Assembly (NCBI GenBank): GCA_963762145.1
Contig: CAVXJS010000021.1
Coordinates: 768,001-832,000 of the forward strand
Length of the DNA stretch: 64,000 nt
Origin: an uncultured Candidatus Rokubacteria bacterium
GTDB lineage: Bacteria > Methylomirabilota > Methylomirabilia > Rokubacteriales > CSP1-6
Direction: 5' to 3'
Shown here: piece by piece, positions 43,549 through 57,615 of the stretch
How positions within the stretch are numbered: position 1 is the stretch's first letter
Layout: each line of letters opens with the position of its first letter
Notes under the pieces: generated by a model
The model's input: the letters and a program-made list of their open reading frames with translations, nothing else
Databases searched by the model: none
What the model was told of the DNA's origin: nothing
Made by a program: the position numbers and the translations under genes

Positions 43549-44658
43549 GTGCCCGGCGTCGTCATCTCCGGCCTCACCAAGCGCTTCGGCGACGTCGCCG
43601 CGGTGGCGGGGCTCGACCTCACGGTGCGGCCCGGCGAGCTCGTCGCCCTGCTCGGTCCGTCCGGCTGCGGCAAGACGACGACGCTGCGGCTGGTGGCGGG
43701 CTTCATGGCGCCGGACGCGGGGGAGATCCGCGTGGGCGACCGCGTGCTCTCGTCCCCGGGCTCGGTGATCCCGCCCGAGCGCCGGCGCATGGCGATGATC
43801 TTCCAGAGCTACGCACTCTGGCCGCACATGACAGTGGCGCAGAACGTGGCCTACGGCCTCCGCTTCGCGAAAACCTCGCGGGGTCAGCGGGACGGCGCGC
43901 CGGCGCGCGCCCAGCGGGACGTCAAAGTCGACGAGATCCTCCGCGCGGTGCAGCTCGCGGGCTACGGCGCGCGGTATCCGGGCGAGCTGTCCGGCGGCCA
44001 GCAGCAGCGCGTGGCGGTGGCCCGCGCCCTGGTGGTGGAGCCCGAAATTCTGTTATTGGACGAGCCGCTCTCCAACCTCGACGCGAGCCTCCGCGAGGAG
44101 ATGCGCTTCGAGATTCGGCGCCTGCACGAACGCTTCGGCATCACCACGCTCTATGTCACCCACGATCAGGCGGAGGCCATGGTGATCTCGGACCGGGCCG
44201 CGGTGATCCGCAACGGCCGGGTGGAGCAGATCGGCGCGCCGCCCGAGCTCTTCGAGCGGCCGCGCACCCGCTTCGTCGCCGAGTTCATCGGCAAGACCAA
44301 CCTGATCGACGCGATCGCCGACGGCGCGGGCACCGTCGCGCGGGGCCGGCTGCGCCTGCGCGTGGCCGCCGACACCCTCATCCCCGGCGCGCCGGCGGTA
44401 GTGTCGATCCGGCCGCACGTGATCGCGCTCGGCCCGCGGGCCGCCGCGCAGACGCCGAGGGCGGGAGGGAACGTCCTCGCGGGCACCGTGCAGCGGGCCA
44501 GCTATCTCGGCGACGCGGTGGACTATCAGGTCGCGCTGGAGGACAGCGACGTCGTCCTGCGCGTCACCGGCCCGACCCCGGCGCGAGCCCGCGCGGGCGA
44601 TCCGGTCTCGGTGACGGTGGCGGCCGAGGCCTGCGTGCTGCTACCCGCCGACGACTGA
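43549..44658 (+). CDS. ABC transporter ATP-binding protein (FbpC/PotA-like, TOBE domain)
   Basis: GPSGCGKTT, FQSYALWPHM, LSGGQQQRVA, LLDEPLSNLD, YVTHDQ. Confidence 0.95.
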   Translation: MPGVVISGLTKRFGDVAAVAGLDLTVRPGELVALLGPSGCGKTTTLRLVAGFMAPDAGEIRVGDRVLSSPGSVIPPERRRMAMIFQSYALWPHMTVAQNVAYGLRFAKTSRGQRDGAPARAQRDVKVDEILRAVQLAGYGARYPGELSGGQQQRVAVARALVVEPEILLLDEPLSNLDASLREEMRFEIRRLHERFGITTLYVTHDQAEAMVISDRAAVIRNGRVEQIGAPPELFERPRTRFVAEFIGKTNLIDAIADGAGTVARGRLRLRVAADTLIPGAPAVVSIRPHVIALGPRAAAQTPRAGGNVLAGTVQRASYLGDAVDYQVALEDSDVVLRVTGPTPARARAGDPVSVTVAAEACVLLPADD

Positions 44659-44667
44659 ACGGCCCCG

Positions 44668-44706
44668 CCCCCTCACCCTGCCCTCTCCCGCTCAGGGAGG
44701 AGAGGG
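44668..44706. repeat. BoxC-like repeat (CCCTCACCC..CCCTCTCCC...GGAGAGGG) between convergent genes
   Basis: CCCCCTCACCCTGCCCTCTCCCGCTCAGGGAGGAGAGGG: pyrimidine tail plus hairpin. Confidence 0.65.
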
Positions 44707-44716
44707 TGGTGGTGGG

Positions 44717-45835
44717 CTACAAGCCGCCCCAGACTTCGTGGGCGAGCTCGACGCAGAGGGCGAGCTTCGCCTTCTGATGCTCGACGGTCACCTCGTTGCC
44801 CTCGAGCGTCGAGGAGAAGCCGCACTGCGGGCTCACGCAGAGCTGATCGAGCGCGATGTACTTCGACGCTTCATCCAGACGGCGCCTCAGATCGGCCTTC
44901 GGCTCGAGCGCGGGCGCCTTGCTGGTCACGAGACCCAGCACCACCCGGATGTGCTTCGGGGCGTGGCGCAGGGGCGAGAAGTCGCCGGAGCGCGCGTCGT
45001 CGAACTCGAGGAAGAAGCCGTCGTAGGGCATCTGGTTGAAGATGACCTCCGCGACCTTCTCGTAGCCGCCCTGAGCGCGCCAGCTCGAGCGGAAGTTGCC
45101 GCGGCAGAGGTGCGTGCAGACCACCAGATCCCGCGGCCGGTCGCGCAGGGTGGCCTGGATGAGCTTCACCGACAGCGCCAGCACCTCGTCGGGGTCCTCG
45201 CCGCGGGCGCGGCTCTGCGCGCGCATCTCCTCGTCGCACAGATAGGCCAGGCTCACGTCGTCGAGCTGGAGGTACCGGCAGCCCGCCGCGTGGAGGTCGG
45301 CGATCTCGGCGCGGTACGCGGCGGCGGTGTCCTCCACGAAGGCGTCGAGATCCGGGTACACGGTCCGGTCGATGTTGGCGCGGCCCACCTGGGAGTAGAG
45401 CATGCAGGGCGACGGGATCGTCAGCTTGGCGGTGCGCGCGGTGGCCGACCGGAGAAACCGGAACGCGTCCACGAAGATCGGCGCGGGGCGCCCGACGCGC
45501 GAGGCGATGCGCAGGTCGGGCCGCGTGAAGTTGACGTCGCCCGCCCGGCCGTGGAAGGTCACCGGGAGCTGCTTGCCCTCGCTGGCGAGGCCGCCCAGGC
45601 GGGTGAGAAAGTCCATGTGCCAGGACTTGCGCCGCATCTCGCCGTCGGTGACGCCCAGGAGCCCGGCGTCTTCCTGAAGACGCACCGCCCCCAGGATCGC
45701 GGTGTCCTCCGCGGCGGCCAGCTCCGCCACGCTGGCCCGACCCGCTTCGCGGTCGAGCCGCAGGGCCTTGAGCGCGGGCGGCCGCAGCAGGCTGCCCACG
45801 TGATCGGCTCGGAAGGGCGCGCGCGGCGGGGCCAT
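44717..45835 (-). CDS. Cobalamin-independent methionine synthase II family (single-barrel MetE/YxjH-like)
   Basis: RADHVGSLLRP, TDGEMRR, YLQLDD, HLCRGN, FLEFD, SPQCGFSS. Confidence 0.92.
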   Translation of the reverse strand: MAPPRAPFRADHVGSLLRPPALKALRLDREAGRASVAELAAAEDTAILGAVRLQEDAGLLGVTDGEMRRKSWHMDFLTRLGGLASEGKQLPVTFHGRAGDVNFTRPDLRIASRVGRPAPIFVDAFRFLRSATARTAKLTIPSPCMLYSQVGRANIDRTVYPDLDAFVEDTAAAYRAEIADLHAAGCRYLQLDDVSLAYLCDEEMRAQSRARGEDPDEVLALSVKLIQATLRDRPRDLVVCTHLCRGNFRSSWRAQGGYEKVAEVIFNQMPYDGFFLEFDDARSGDFSPLRHAPKHIRVVLGLVTSKAPALEPKADLRRRLDEASKYIALDQLCVSPQCGFSSTLEGNEVTVEHQKAKLALCVELAHEVWGGL

Positions 45836-45837
45836 GG

Positions 45838-46815
45838 CTAGTAGAGCCCCCGCCCGGCCGCGAAGACCCGGGCGAGGCCGAGCAGCGCGTCGGTGCCGGG
45901 CGTGGGCACGCGGACGCGTTGACCGATCTCGCTCACCGCAGTGAGGAGGCCGTCGATCTCGAGCGGCTTGCCCGCCTCCACGTCCTGCAGCATGGACGTC
46001 TTGAACGCGCCCAGCTTGCGGGTCACCGCGTTGCGCTCCTGGCCGCTCTGATGAATGGGGCAGCCGATGCGCTCGCCGATCGCCGCCGCCTCCGCCATGA
46101 TCGCGAGCGTGAAGCGGTCGAGCAGCGGATCGTCGAGGAGACGGTCGCAGGTGGCGCCGGTCAGCGCGGACATCGGGTTCATGGTCATGTTCCCCCACAG
46201 CTTGTACCAGACATCGGCCTGGATGCGCTTGCTCACCGTGGTCTCGAAGCCGGCCGCGGTCAGCCGATCGGCCAGCGCGGTCACCCGGCCCGACGCGCCG
46301 CCGGTCGGCTCGCCGACGATCAGGCCCCGGCCGAAGCCGTGCCTCACCAGGCCCGGCTCCCGCACCGAGCAGGTGGCGTGCACCACGCCGCCGATCACGT
46401 GCCGCACCGGGATCGCGGCGGCGATCCCGCCGTCCGGATCCACTGCCCGCACCGGCGCGCCGTCGTGCGGCCCCCCGAGCCCGTGGAAGAACCACCACGG
46501 GACCCCGTTCATCGCGGTCAGCACGACGGTGTCCGGGCCCAGCAGCGGCCGCACCGACGCGGCGAGGGCGGGCAGAGCCGGCCCCTTCACCGCGAGCACG
46601 ACCAGATCCTGGGGGCCGAGCGCGCCGGTGTCCTCCGCCACCCGCACGGGCGCGGTGAGCACCGCGCCGTTCTCCTCGAAGCGGAACCCGTGGGCGCGCA
46701 GCGCGGCCGCGGTCCGGCCTCGCGCGAGGGCCGACATCTCGGCGCCTTCCCGGGCCAGATGAACGCCGAGGAAGGTGCCGACCGCCCCCGCCCCCACCAC
46801 GCAGATCCGCGTCAC
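45838..46815 (-). CDS. panE: 2-dehydropantoate 2-reductase family
   Basis: ICVVGAGAVG, LAVK, AMNG, WYKLWGN, TSMLQDVEAGKPLEID. Confidence 0.85.
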   Translation of the reverse strand: MTRICVVGAGAVGTFLGVHLAREGAEMSALARGRTAAALRAHGFRFEENGAVLTAPVRVAEDTGALGPQDLVVLAVKGPALPALAASVRPLLGPDTVVLTAMNGVPWWFFHGLGGPHDGAPVRAVDPDGGIAAAIPVRHVIGGVVHATCSVREPGLVRHGFGRGLIVGEPTGGASGRVTALADRLTAAGFETTVSKRIQADVWYKLWGNMTMNPMSALTGATCDRLLDDPLLDRFTLAIMAEAAAIGERIGCPIHQSGQERNAVTRKLGAFKTSMLQDVEAGKPLEIDGLLTAVSEIGQRVRVPTPGTDALLGLARVFAAGRGLY

Positions 46816-47795
46816 TCGATCACCTTGTCCGCCCGGGCGAGCAGGGAGCGCGGCACGGTCAGGCCCAGGCTCGCGGCGGTCTTGCGGTTCACGATCAGCT
46901 CGAAGCGGGCCGGCCGCTCGATCGGGATCTCACCCGGCGCGACGCCGCGCAGAACCTTGACCACCACGTCGCCGGCCTGGCGGAACATGGCCGGCACGTC
47001 CGGACCGTACGCCATGAGCCCTCCCTCTTCTGCGAACTCGGGAAACGCCATGATCGTGGGAATCCGGTGCTTCGCGGCCATCGCGACGATCTGCCGTCGC
47101 GCCGAGTTGACGACGGGCGAAGGCAGCACGAGCATCGCGCCCCGCCCGGCGGTAACCGACCGGAAGGCGGCCTCGAGCGCCTCGGACCCCGGGGCCTCCA
47201 TCGTCGAGAGATCGACGCGAAGCGTCCGGGCCGCCGCCTCCGCGCCGCGGAGCAGGTTCGGAGGCGTGGACGGATCCCAGGCCACCGTCACCCGAGACAG
47301 GCGCGGGACGAGCTCCTTCAGGAGCTCGATCCACTTCCCGCTCAGCTCCGGAAAATCCAGGAACAGCCCGGTGACGTTTCCTCCCGGCCGGGCGAGACCG
47401 CTCACGAACCGCTCGGCGATCGGATCCGACTCCAGGTCCACGGCCACGATCGGGATGGACTTCGTCGCATCGGCGGCCGCGCGAACCGACGCCGGTCCGA
47501 TCGCCACGATGGCGCTCATTAGAAGCCGCGACAGCTCTCCGGCCAGCGCCGCGATCTCCCCGGCGGTGCCCGCCTGCACGCGGTAGTCGATGGTGAGATT
47601 CGTGCCCTCGACGAGCCCGATCTCCTGGAGGGCCTGGCGAAACCCGCCGAAATTCTGCCGGAAGACGGGGCCGTCCGGCGCGTTCCGAAGAACCCCGACC
47701 TTGGCCAGGCGCGCCGGCGCCGGTTGCGCCCCGGCATGCCCCGGCGCGGCGACGAGTCCTCCCGTCAGCATGGAGACGAATGTTCTACGGTCCAT
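46812..47795 (-). CDS. Orphan ABC_sub_bind-type solute-binding protein with Tat-like signal
   Basis: MDRRTFV signal; SIPIV, LARPGGNVTG, GGLMAYG, IPIERPARFELIVNRKTA, LLARADKVIE. Confidence 0.9.
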   Translation of the reverse strand: MDRRTFVSMLTGGLVAAPGHAGAQPAPARLAKVGVLRNAPDGPVFRQNFGGFRQALQEIGLVEGTNLTIDYRVQAGTAGEIAALAGELSRLLMSAIVAIGPASVRAAADATKSIPIVAVDLESDPIAERFVSGLARPGGNVTGLFLDFPELSGKWIELLKELVPRLSRVTVAWDPSTPPNLLRGAEAAARTLRVDLSTMEAPGSEALEAAFRSVTAGRGAMLVLPSPVVNSARRQIVAMAAKHRIPTIMAFPEFAEEGGLMAYGPDVPAMFRQAGDVVVKVLRGVAPGEIPIERPARFELIVNRKTAASLGLTVPRSLLARADKVIE

Positions 47796-47813
47796 CGACC
47801 GCCTTGGAACGCC

Positions 47814-48911
47814 TCAATCCTTGAGGCGCACGACGTTGAAGGCCTTCACCGGCCGCTGGAAGCCCTTCAGTGTGAGCTCGCCGACCCCCTCGACCTCCGC
47901 GATCTCCTCCACCCCGCCCGCCACCCGCTGCGAGAGCAGGATCTGGCCCGGCTTGGCCTCGCCGCAGAGCCGCGAGGCGAGGTTAGTCACGGTGCCGATC
48001 GCGCCGTAGTCCAGGCGCCCCTCGAAGCCGACCGCCCCGATGGTGGCATAGCCCTGCGCGATGCCCACCCCGAAGTCGAGATCGAATCCCCGCTTGCGCC
48101 AGGCCTCGGTGAGCGTGCCGATGCGGTCCCGCATCGTGGCGGCCATGCGGACGGCGCGCGGGGCCGGATCCGGGACCTCCACCGGGTCGTTGAAGAAGAT
48201 CATCATGCCGTCGCCCGCGAAGCGCTCCAGGGTGCCCTCGGCGGCCACGATCAGCCGGCCCATCTCGGCGTGGTACTCGCGCAGCACGGTCATGACCTCT
48301 TCCGGCTCCGCGGTCTCCGCGAACGCGGTGAAGCCGCGCAGATCGAGGAAGACCACCGTGATCTCCCGGCGGTGGCTCTTGAGCGGATCCTCGGTGTCGC
48401 CCGCCACGATCAGCTCGGCGAGCTGGGGCGAGAAGAAGCGGCGCAGCCGCCCCAGGCGCTCGAGCTGGGCCACCTGGTCCCGCACCCGCTGCTCGAGCGT
48501 CCGGTTCAGCTCCTCGAGTTCCTGGTGCAGCGCACGGATTCGCAGCAGCGAGCGCACGCGCGCGAGCAGCTCGGGCTGGTTGATCGGCTTCGTCAGGAAA
48601 TCGTCGGCGCCTACCTCGATGCCCTTGACCCGCTCCGTCACCGGATCGAGCGCGGTCACCATGACGACCGGCAGGAGCCGCGTCGCCTCGTCGGCCCGCA
48701 GCCGCCGGCAGACCTCGTACCCGCTCATCTCCGGCATCACCACGTCCAGGAGGACGAGATCCGGCTGCTCGGCCCGCACCCGCTCCAGGGCGACCGCGCC
48801 GGACGGCGCGGTGATCACGGTGTACCCGTGCCCGGCCAGCACGCCCTCGAGCAGCTTGACGTTCATCGGGGTGTCGTCCACCACCAGGATACGGGCCGCC
48901 GGCTGGCTCAC
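47814..48911 (-). CDS. Response regulator fused to a class III adenylate/guanylate cyclase
   Basis: Receiver ILVVDD, LLDVVMP, KP; cyclase FLDLRGFT, RFAGDG, DYGAIGTVTNLASRL. Confidence 0.93.
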   Translation of the reverse strand: MSQPAARILVVDDTPMNVKLLEGVLAGHGYTVITAPSGAVALERVRAEQPDLVLLDVVMPEMSGYEVCRRLRADEATRLLPVVMVTALDPVTERVKGIEVGADDFLTKPINQPELLARVRSLLRIRALHQELEELNRTLEQRVRDQVAQLERLGRLRRFFSPQLAELIVAGDTEDPLKSHRREITVVFLDLRGFTAFAETAEPEEVMTVLREYHAEMGRLIVAAEGTLERFAGDGMMIFFNDPVEVPDPAPRAVRMAATMRDRIGTLTEAWRKRGFDLDFGVGIAQGYATIGAVGFEGRLDYGAIGTVTNLASRLCGEAKPGQILLSQRVAGGVEEIAEVEGVGELTLKGFQRPVKAFNVVRLKD

Positions 48912-49287
48912 CGCGCGCGCTCGCCCTTCGCGGGGCGATCCAGCATCGCGCGGACCGCGGCGACGAACTGGTTCACGTCGATGGGCTTGGCCTGGTAGCC
49001 GTCGAAGCCCGCGGCCATGATCTTCTGCCGGTCCTGGGTCATGGCCGACGCGGTCACCGCGATCACCGGGATCGCCCGCGTCCGCTCGTCGGATCGGAGG
49101 GCCTGGAGCGCCTCGATCCCGTTCATGCGCGGGAGCTGGATGTCCATGAGGACCAGGGCGGGGGGCGTCGCCTGCGCGAGCGCGATGCCGTCCTCCGCGT
49201 TCTCGGCCTCCGCGGTCCGGTACCCGTGGAACTGGAGGATGTCGCGCTCCAGCTTGCGGTTCTTCTCGTTGTCCTCGACGATCAGGA

Positions 49288-49303
<16 letters not shown>
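48908..49303 (-). CDS. Single-domain response regulator (DivK/CheY-like)
   Basis: ILIVEDN, LMDIQLP, VTASAM, KPID. Confidence 0.93.
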
Positions 49304-52722
<3,419 letters not shown>

Positions 52723-52746
52723 CGTTCCGGCGAGTGTAGGCCGGGG

Positions 52747-55700
52747 CTAAACCCCTGTCAAATATGCCTCCGGCGCCCCGGACCCCAGCGGGCAGCCGGG
52801 CGGCATGAGCGCCGTCTTCTTCCGGATGATGTCGCCCGCGTACCGCTCGAGATAGTGGGCGATCGTCTCCACGCGGATCTTCACCGATCCGGCCGGCTTG
52901 GTCGAGTCCAGGTCCTGGAACGAGAAGAACAGCGTGCCGGAGCGCTCCACGATCTGCTGCACCGGCGTGTAGGTCGGCTGGTCCATGCCGCACTCGTAGC
53001 TGGCCAGCCGGACCACGCAGGCGACCCACGGCATCCGGGCCGCCGCCTTCGCGCCCCAGAGGATCTCGTTGGTGTTGCTGCTGTAGGACGAGGGCCACAC
53101 GTCACGGATGTCGAACGGGGATTTGATGTGGCCGGCCCGGACGTCCTCCCCGAACGCCCACTGCATCAGGTCGTCGTCGATCGGGAAGTACTGAGCCCAC
53201 AGCACCGGGTAGCCGTAGGCCTGCAGGTCCACCTCGATCTCGTGGCCGATGCCCGGATCCATGTGATAGGGCCGCGCCAGGACCATCAGGCACGCGCGGT
53301 TCTCGCGCGCGCACCACTCGAGGACCTCGCGGCCCTTGGCGCGAAGGCGGGCGTTGAACTCGGTCAGCGCGCGGTAACCCGCCTCCACCGCCCCGCGCCG
53401 TCTCCTCGCGCGGTGAGCCCGGGGATCACGCCGTCGAGCGCCTCCCAGAGCTGCTTGGGCACGAGCCGCGGCTCGTCGAGGGAGACGAACGGGGCGGCGT
53501 AGCGGATGCCCTGCTCCGCGAAGACGTCGCGCTCCTTCATGAAGCCGGCCTTGATGTTCTCGGGCGCGGCCATCACCCGAGGGCAGGTGAGCGTGCGCGC
53601 CACGTGGCCGGAGAGAAACGAGGGCAGGTTGTAGATCATCGGCGAGAAGAGGATGTCGAGCTTCTCGCGCTGGCCGAAGATCAGCTCGCCGTAGTGGCCC
53701 GCGATGCACTTGACCGGATAGCAGCAGTCCACCGTGCCCCGGCCCTTGCCGAACTGCCGCCCCTGCTCCTCGGAGGTGTCGGAGGAGAAGACGAGCTGGC
53801 GCGCTTCGACCCCCAGCTCGCCGAAGAAGCCCACCCAGAACTGGTGGGTGGACCAGAGGTTCAGGACGCGGGGAATGCCGATCCGGAGGCTAGCCCGCGA
53901 CGGCCTCGGATCCCGCGCGGGAGCGGCGAAACGCGTCCTTCCGAACCATCTCGGCAACGTTAGGGTAGTCACGCTTGACCTCCTCCAGCTTCGCCTTCAC
54001 CTCGCGCAGCTCGTTCACGTCCTCGACCAGCCCCTTCGGGCAGGAGTTGCCGCTGATGACTCGCTCCCAGCCCGCGGCCAGGGGCAGCTTGCTCCACGGG
54101 CGCCCCCTGGCGCCGGGCAGCTGGACGTCGATGAAGGTGCGGGTGCAGTTGATCGGGCACCACTTGCAGACCGTGTCGGCGGCGGTGGTGCTCGTGTAGG
54201 TCAGGGCCGCGATGGCCTCGAAGCCCCGGAAGCGACTCGCGCGGCCGCCCCCGGCCTCGCGCCAGTCGGCGGCGCAGAGCGCGGCGCCGATGGCGCCCGC
54301 CTCGCCCGAATAGGGATGGAGGACCACGTCGGCCTCCGGCACCTTGCCGCGTATGAAGTCCACCTGGGCCTTCACCACCGCCATGTTGCGATGGGTGCCG
54401 CCCTGCAGCACGAACTTGCGCCCGACCGCGCGCAGATTCTGGAGCTGGCCCGCGTAGATCCAGACGTTGACCGGCAGCACCGCGGCCAGCGCGGCCATGA
54501 TCTCCTCCGCGGCCCAGCCCTTGCGCTGCTGGTTGACGATATCGGACTGGAGGAACACGCCGCAGCCCATCGCGAGCGTGGGCATCGCCTTGGCCTCGAA
54601 GGCCTTCTCAGCGTAGGCCTCGAGCGGGATCGCGTAGCGCTCGGCCACGCCCTGGAGGAATGCCCCGTTGCCCGAGGAGCACTGAGAGTTCAGCCGGAAG
54701 TCGGCCACGGTGCCCTGGCGCAGGATCATGATCTTGACGTCGGTGCCGCCCACGTCGCAGATCACGTCCGCGTCGGGGTGGAAGTGGAGCGTGCCGGTGG
54801 CGTGGGCCACCGTCTCGACCACCGCCACGTCGGCGCCGACCACGTCGTTCAGGAGGTCCTTCCCGTACCCGGTGAGCGCGAGTCCACCGACATCCGTGTA
54901 GCCGGCCTCGCGGACCTGGCGGAACAGCGACTGGGCGTCCTCGATCGGATTGCCCTTGGACAGCGCGTAGCAGGTGAAGAGCAGCTCGCGCGCGGGCGAG
55001 AGTACGACCGCCTTGGCGGTGGTGCTGCCGAAGTCGCAGCCGACCAGCACCGGGCCGGCCAGCTCCGCGGCGGCGCACGCCGATGCGGAGCGCTTGAGGT
55101 CGAACTCGGCCACGAACGAGGTGAGATCCTCCGCGCAGGCCACCAGCGCGCCGCCGCCCGCCTTGGCCTTCTCCTCCTGCTGGCCCTCGTCCACCCACCA
55201 GCGCAGCCGGTCGCGGCCCTGGTAGACCGCGACCTCGTCCGCCTCGCCCGCGCCGATCTCGACGCAGCCGAGGCACGCGTAGTAGAGCGCCTCCGCGGGA
55301 ACGGAGATGAGCGACGCGGGGTCGCGCCCCTCCGGCAAGGCCACCTTCCGCTGCGCCCACAGCTTGCCCAGGTGATGACGCCAGGCCTCCTGCAGGCCCT
55401 TGAAGAAGAGGTTCGGACCGCCCAGCAGCAGGACCTCGGGGGCCGGGGTATTGCCCTTGGTGAGCGTGGCGAGGTTCTGGTACACCACCGCCTCGAAGAG
55501 GCTCGCGATGATCTCCTCGACCGGCACCCCGGTCTTCACGAGGGTGTTGGCGTCGGTCTCGGCGAAGATGCCGCACTTGCTGCTGACCTTGTGGAGGCTC
55601 ATGCCCGCGTAGGACAGGATCGCGAGCTGCTCGCTCGCGACCTGGAGCTTGCGCGCGGTCTTCTCGATGAAGGTGCCGGTGCCGCCGCTGCACGCCGACT

Positions 55701-56073
55701 GCATGTAGACCTGCTTCGAGCGCCCGATTCCGGTGGGCGTGAAGAAGATCGTCTTCATGTCCTCGCCGCCGATCTCCGACACGAAGCGCACGTCCGGGTG
55801 CAGCCGCTCGACGCACGCGGCGACCGCGACCACCTCCTGGATCATCTTGGCCCCGACCAGCGGGCCCAGCAGGCCCGCGCCCGAGCCGGTGAAGAAGATC
55901 CGGTCGCGGCCGGGCTCGACCTGGGCCTCCTCCTCCATGCGCCCCAGGAACTCGAGCACCTTCTCGGCCTGGCGCGTGTTGTGGCGCTGGTAGTCCTGCC
56001 AGAGGATGCGCCCGTCTTCAAGGGCGACTGCCTTGACGGTGGTCGAACCGACGTCCATGCCGATCAGCTTCAT
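52747..56073 (-). CDS. PlsA/Ger-like protein: two BcrAD/BadFG ATPase activator domains plus a DUF2229-like domain (frame breaks near 53890 and 53400; the DUF2229 part may be a separate gene)
   Basis: DVGSTT..EIGGED..ACSGGTG..KCGIFAE; DFGSTT..DVGGTD..QCSSGNG..GCGVF; linker CKWCPINC..NSC; then IGIPRVLN, DCCYPVK, TCPRV, ARPYHMDPGIGHEI, SYECGMD, VKIRVET. Confidence 0.85.
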
Positions 56074-57615
56074 CAGCTGGCCTTCCGCGCCACGTGCAGC
56101 ACCAGGTTTGCGGCCTGCCCGGCGCATCCCATGTGAGGAACCCGGTAGGTCGCGCGCTTCATCTTCGGATGCGCGTCCAGGTAGGCCCGCACCTGCTCGA
56201 GGGTCATGCCGCTCCGCTCGAGGGCCTCGTCGAACTCGCGCTGCGCCCGCTTCCTGGCCTCGGTCAGGATCATCTGGCAGCGGGAGAGCGCGTGCACCTC
56301 CGCGTCGCCCTTGATCTCGAGCGGGGCATAGAGCAGGTCGGGGTACTTGCCGATCACGCCCGCCATCGCCCCGATGGACATCGTGTTGGGCATGCACGAG
56401 TAGGGCGACAGCTCGCAGATCATGTGGGCCTTCTTCTTCTGGTGCGCCCAGATCGCCTTGCCCACCAGCATGTCGCCCTCGCCGCCGTCGAGGCGGCTAT
56501 GGAAGTAGGGCGCGGCCAGCTTCCGGAGCTCGAGCTGGTACGGCAGCTCGTGCGGCAGGTTGCCCATGGCCCGGCGCAGCCGGTTGAAGGTGGCGCGGTA
56601 GATGGCCTGCACCGCGCGCCCGAGCCCGAGCTTGAGCCGCGCGCCCTTCTCGATGCCGGAGTAGTCCTCGAAGCGCTGCAGCCCCAGCCGCAGCAGGTAG
56701 TCCATCCAAACCGTGATGCCGGCCGGATAGACCTCGGCGCCCTCCGCCTCGAGCCAGCGGTGGATGTTGTAGTTGGGATCGCCCTCGACGGTCTGGAGGT
56801 AGAACTCGCCGGTGATCTTCACGGTCGGCTTCACCCGCAGGCGATCCACCTCGATGGCGTCGAACTTCGCCCGCACCTGCCGCATCGCCCGGGCGAAGTA
56901 GCCGGTGGTCAGGAACCAGAAGACCGAGCGCCACGGCCCCCGCTTGGGCCGGTTCCGGAACGCCTGGTAGAGGAGCTCGACCGACTCCTTGACCACCGCC
57001 TCGGTCTGCCCGGGCACGACCTCGTACGGGCGGACCTGGTACTCGAGGTCTTGCACCAGGTCCGTGCAGAAGATCGCCCAGAGGCAGCCGAGCGTGACCG
57101 GCAAGGTTGAGATCGAGCCCGTCGCCCATCGCCGCCTTCTGGTCGAGCTGATCCTGGGCGAGGAGGAACATGCGGAAGGCGTCGAGCCCGGAATTGCGCA
57201 GGGCCAGCTCGTAGCTCTGGTGGTACTGGCCGAAGCGGCACGCCCCGCACGAGCCCGCGGTGAGGTAGACGAACTTCTGGTTCACCTCCTCGGCGCCGAT
57301 CTGCTTCGACTTGGTCTTGAGGAAGTTGACCAGGTTGCCGGTGGTGAAGCTGGTCGGGCAGCACTGGCCGATGTCGGCGACCTCGCGGCCGGTGAGGAGA
57401 TCGTCCCGCGTGGCTACCGGCAGGACCTGCGCCCGGTGCCCGCCGCTCTCCAGCACCGCCTGCAGGATCCGCTCGACACGCCAGTGCAGGCCGCCGAAGA
57501 GGATCGTCACCGACTCGCGCTCGGCGCGGGTGAACGGGCGCGGGGTGTAGGCGCGGTAGTGGCCGGCCGCGGCCTGCGGTTCGCCTGGGCGGCGCTCAGT
57601 GGTTGCCGTTGCCAT
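56073..57615 (-). CDS. PlsR-like 2-hydroxyacyl-CoA dehydratase-fold protein (frameshift near 57105)
   Basis: GQCCPT, GSCGACRFGQY, ITGEFY..NYNIHRWLEAEGAEV, GGEG, SPYSCMP; stop overlaps the next ATG; SD GGAGG. Confidence 0.82.

Noticed and set aside
44717-45840. Cobalamin or SAM riboswitch upstream of the metE-like gene
   Set aside because: Only a 2-bp gap to the upstream gene, so there is no room for a leader.
53888-53893. Pyrrolysine/stop read-through at the TAG in the PlsA-like gene
   Set aside because: The downstream domain is in a different frame, so read-through would not restore it.
52747-57615. Benzoyl-CoA reductase or classical 2-hydroxyglutaryl-CoA dehydratase pathway
   Set aside because: There are no separate BcrB/BcrC or HgdA/HgdB subunit pairs and no adjacent CoA-transferase/dehydrogenase pathway genes; the architecture with a DUF2229-like domain fits the PlsA/PlsR type better.
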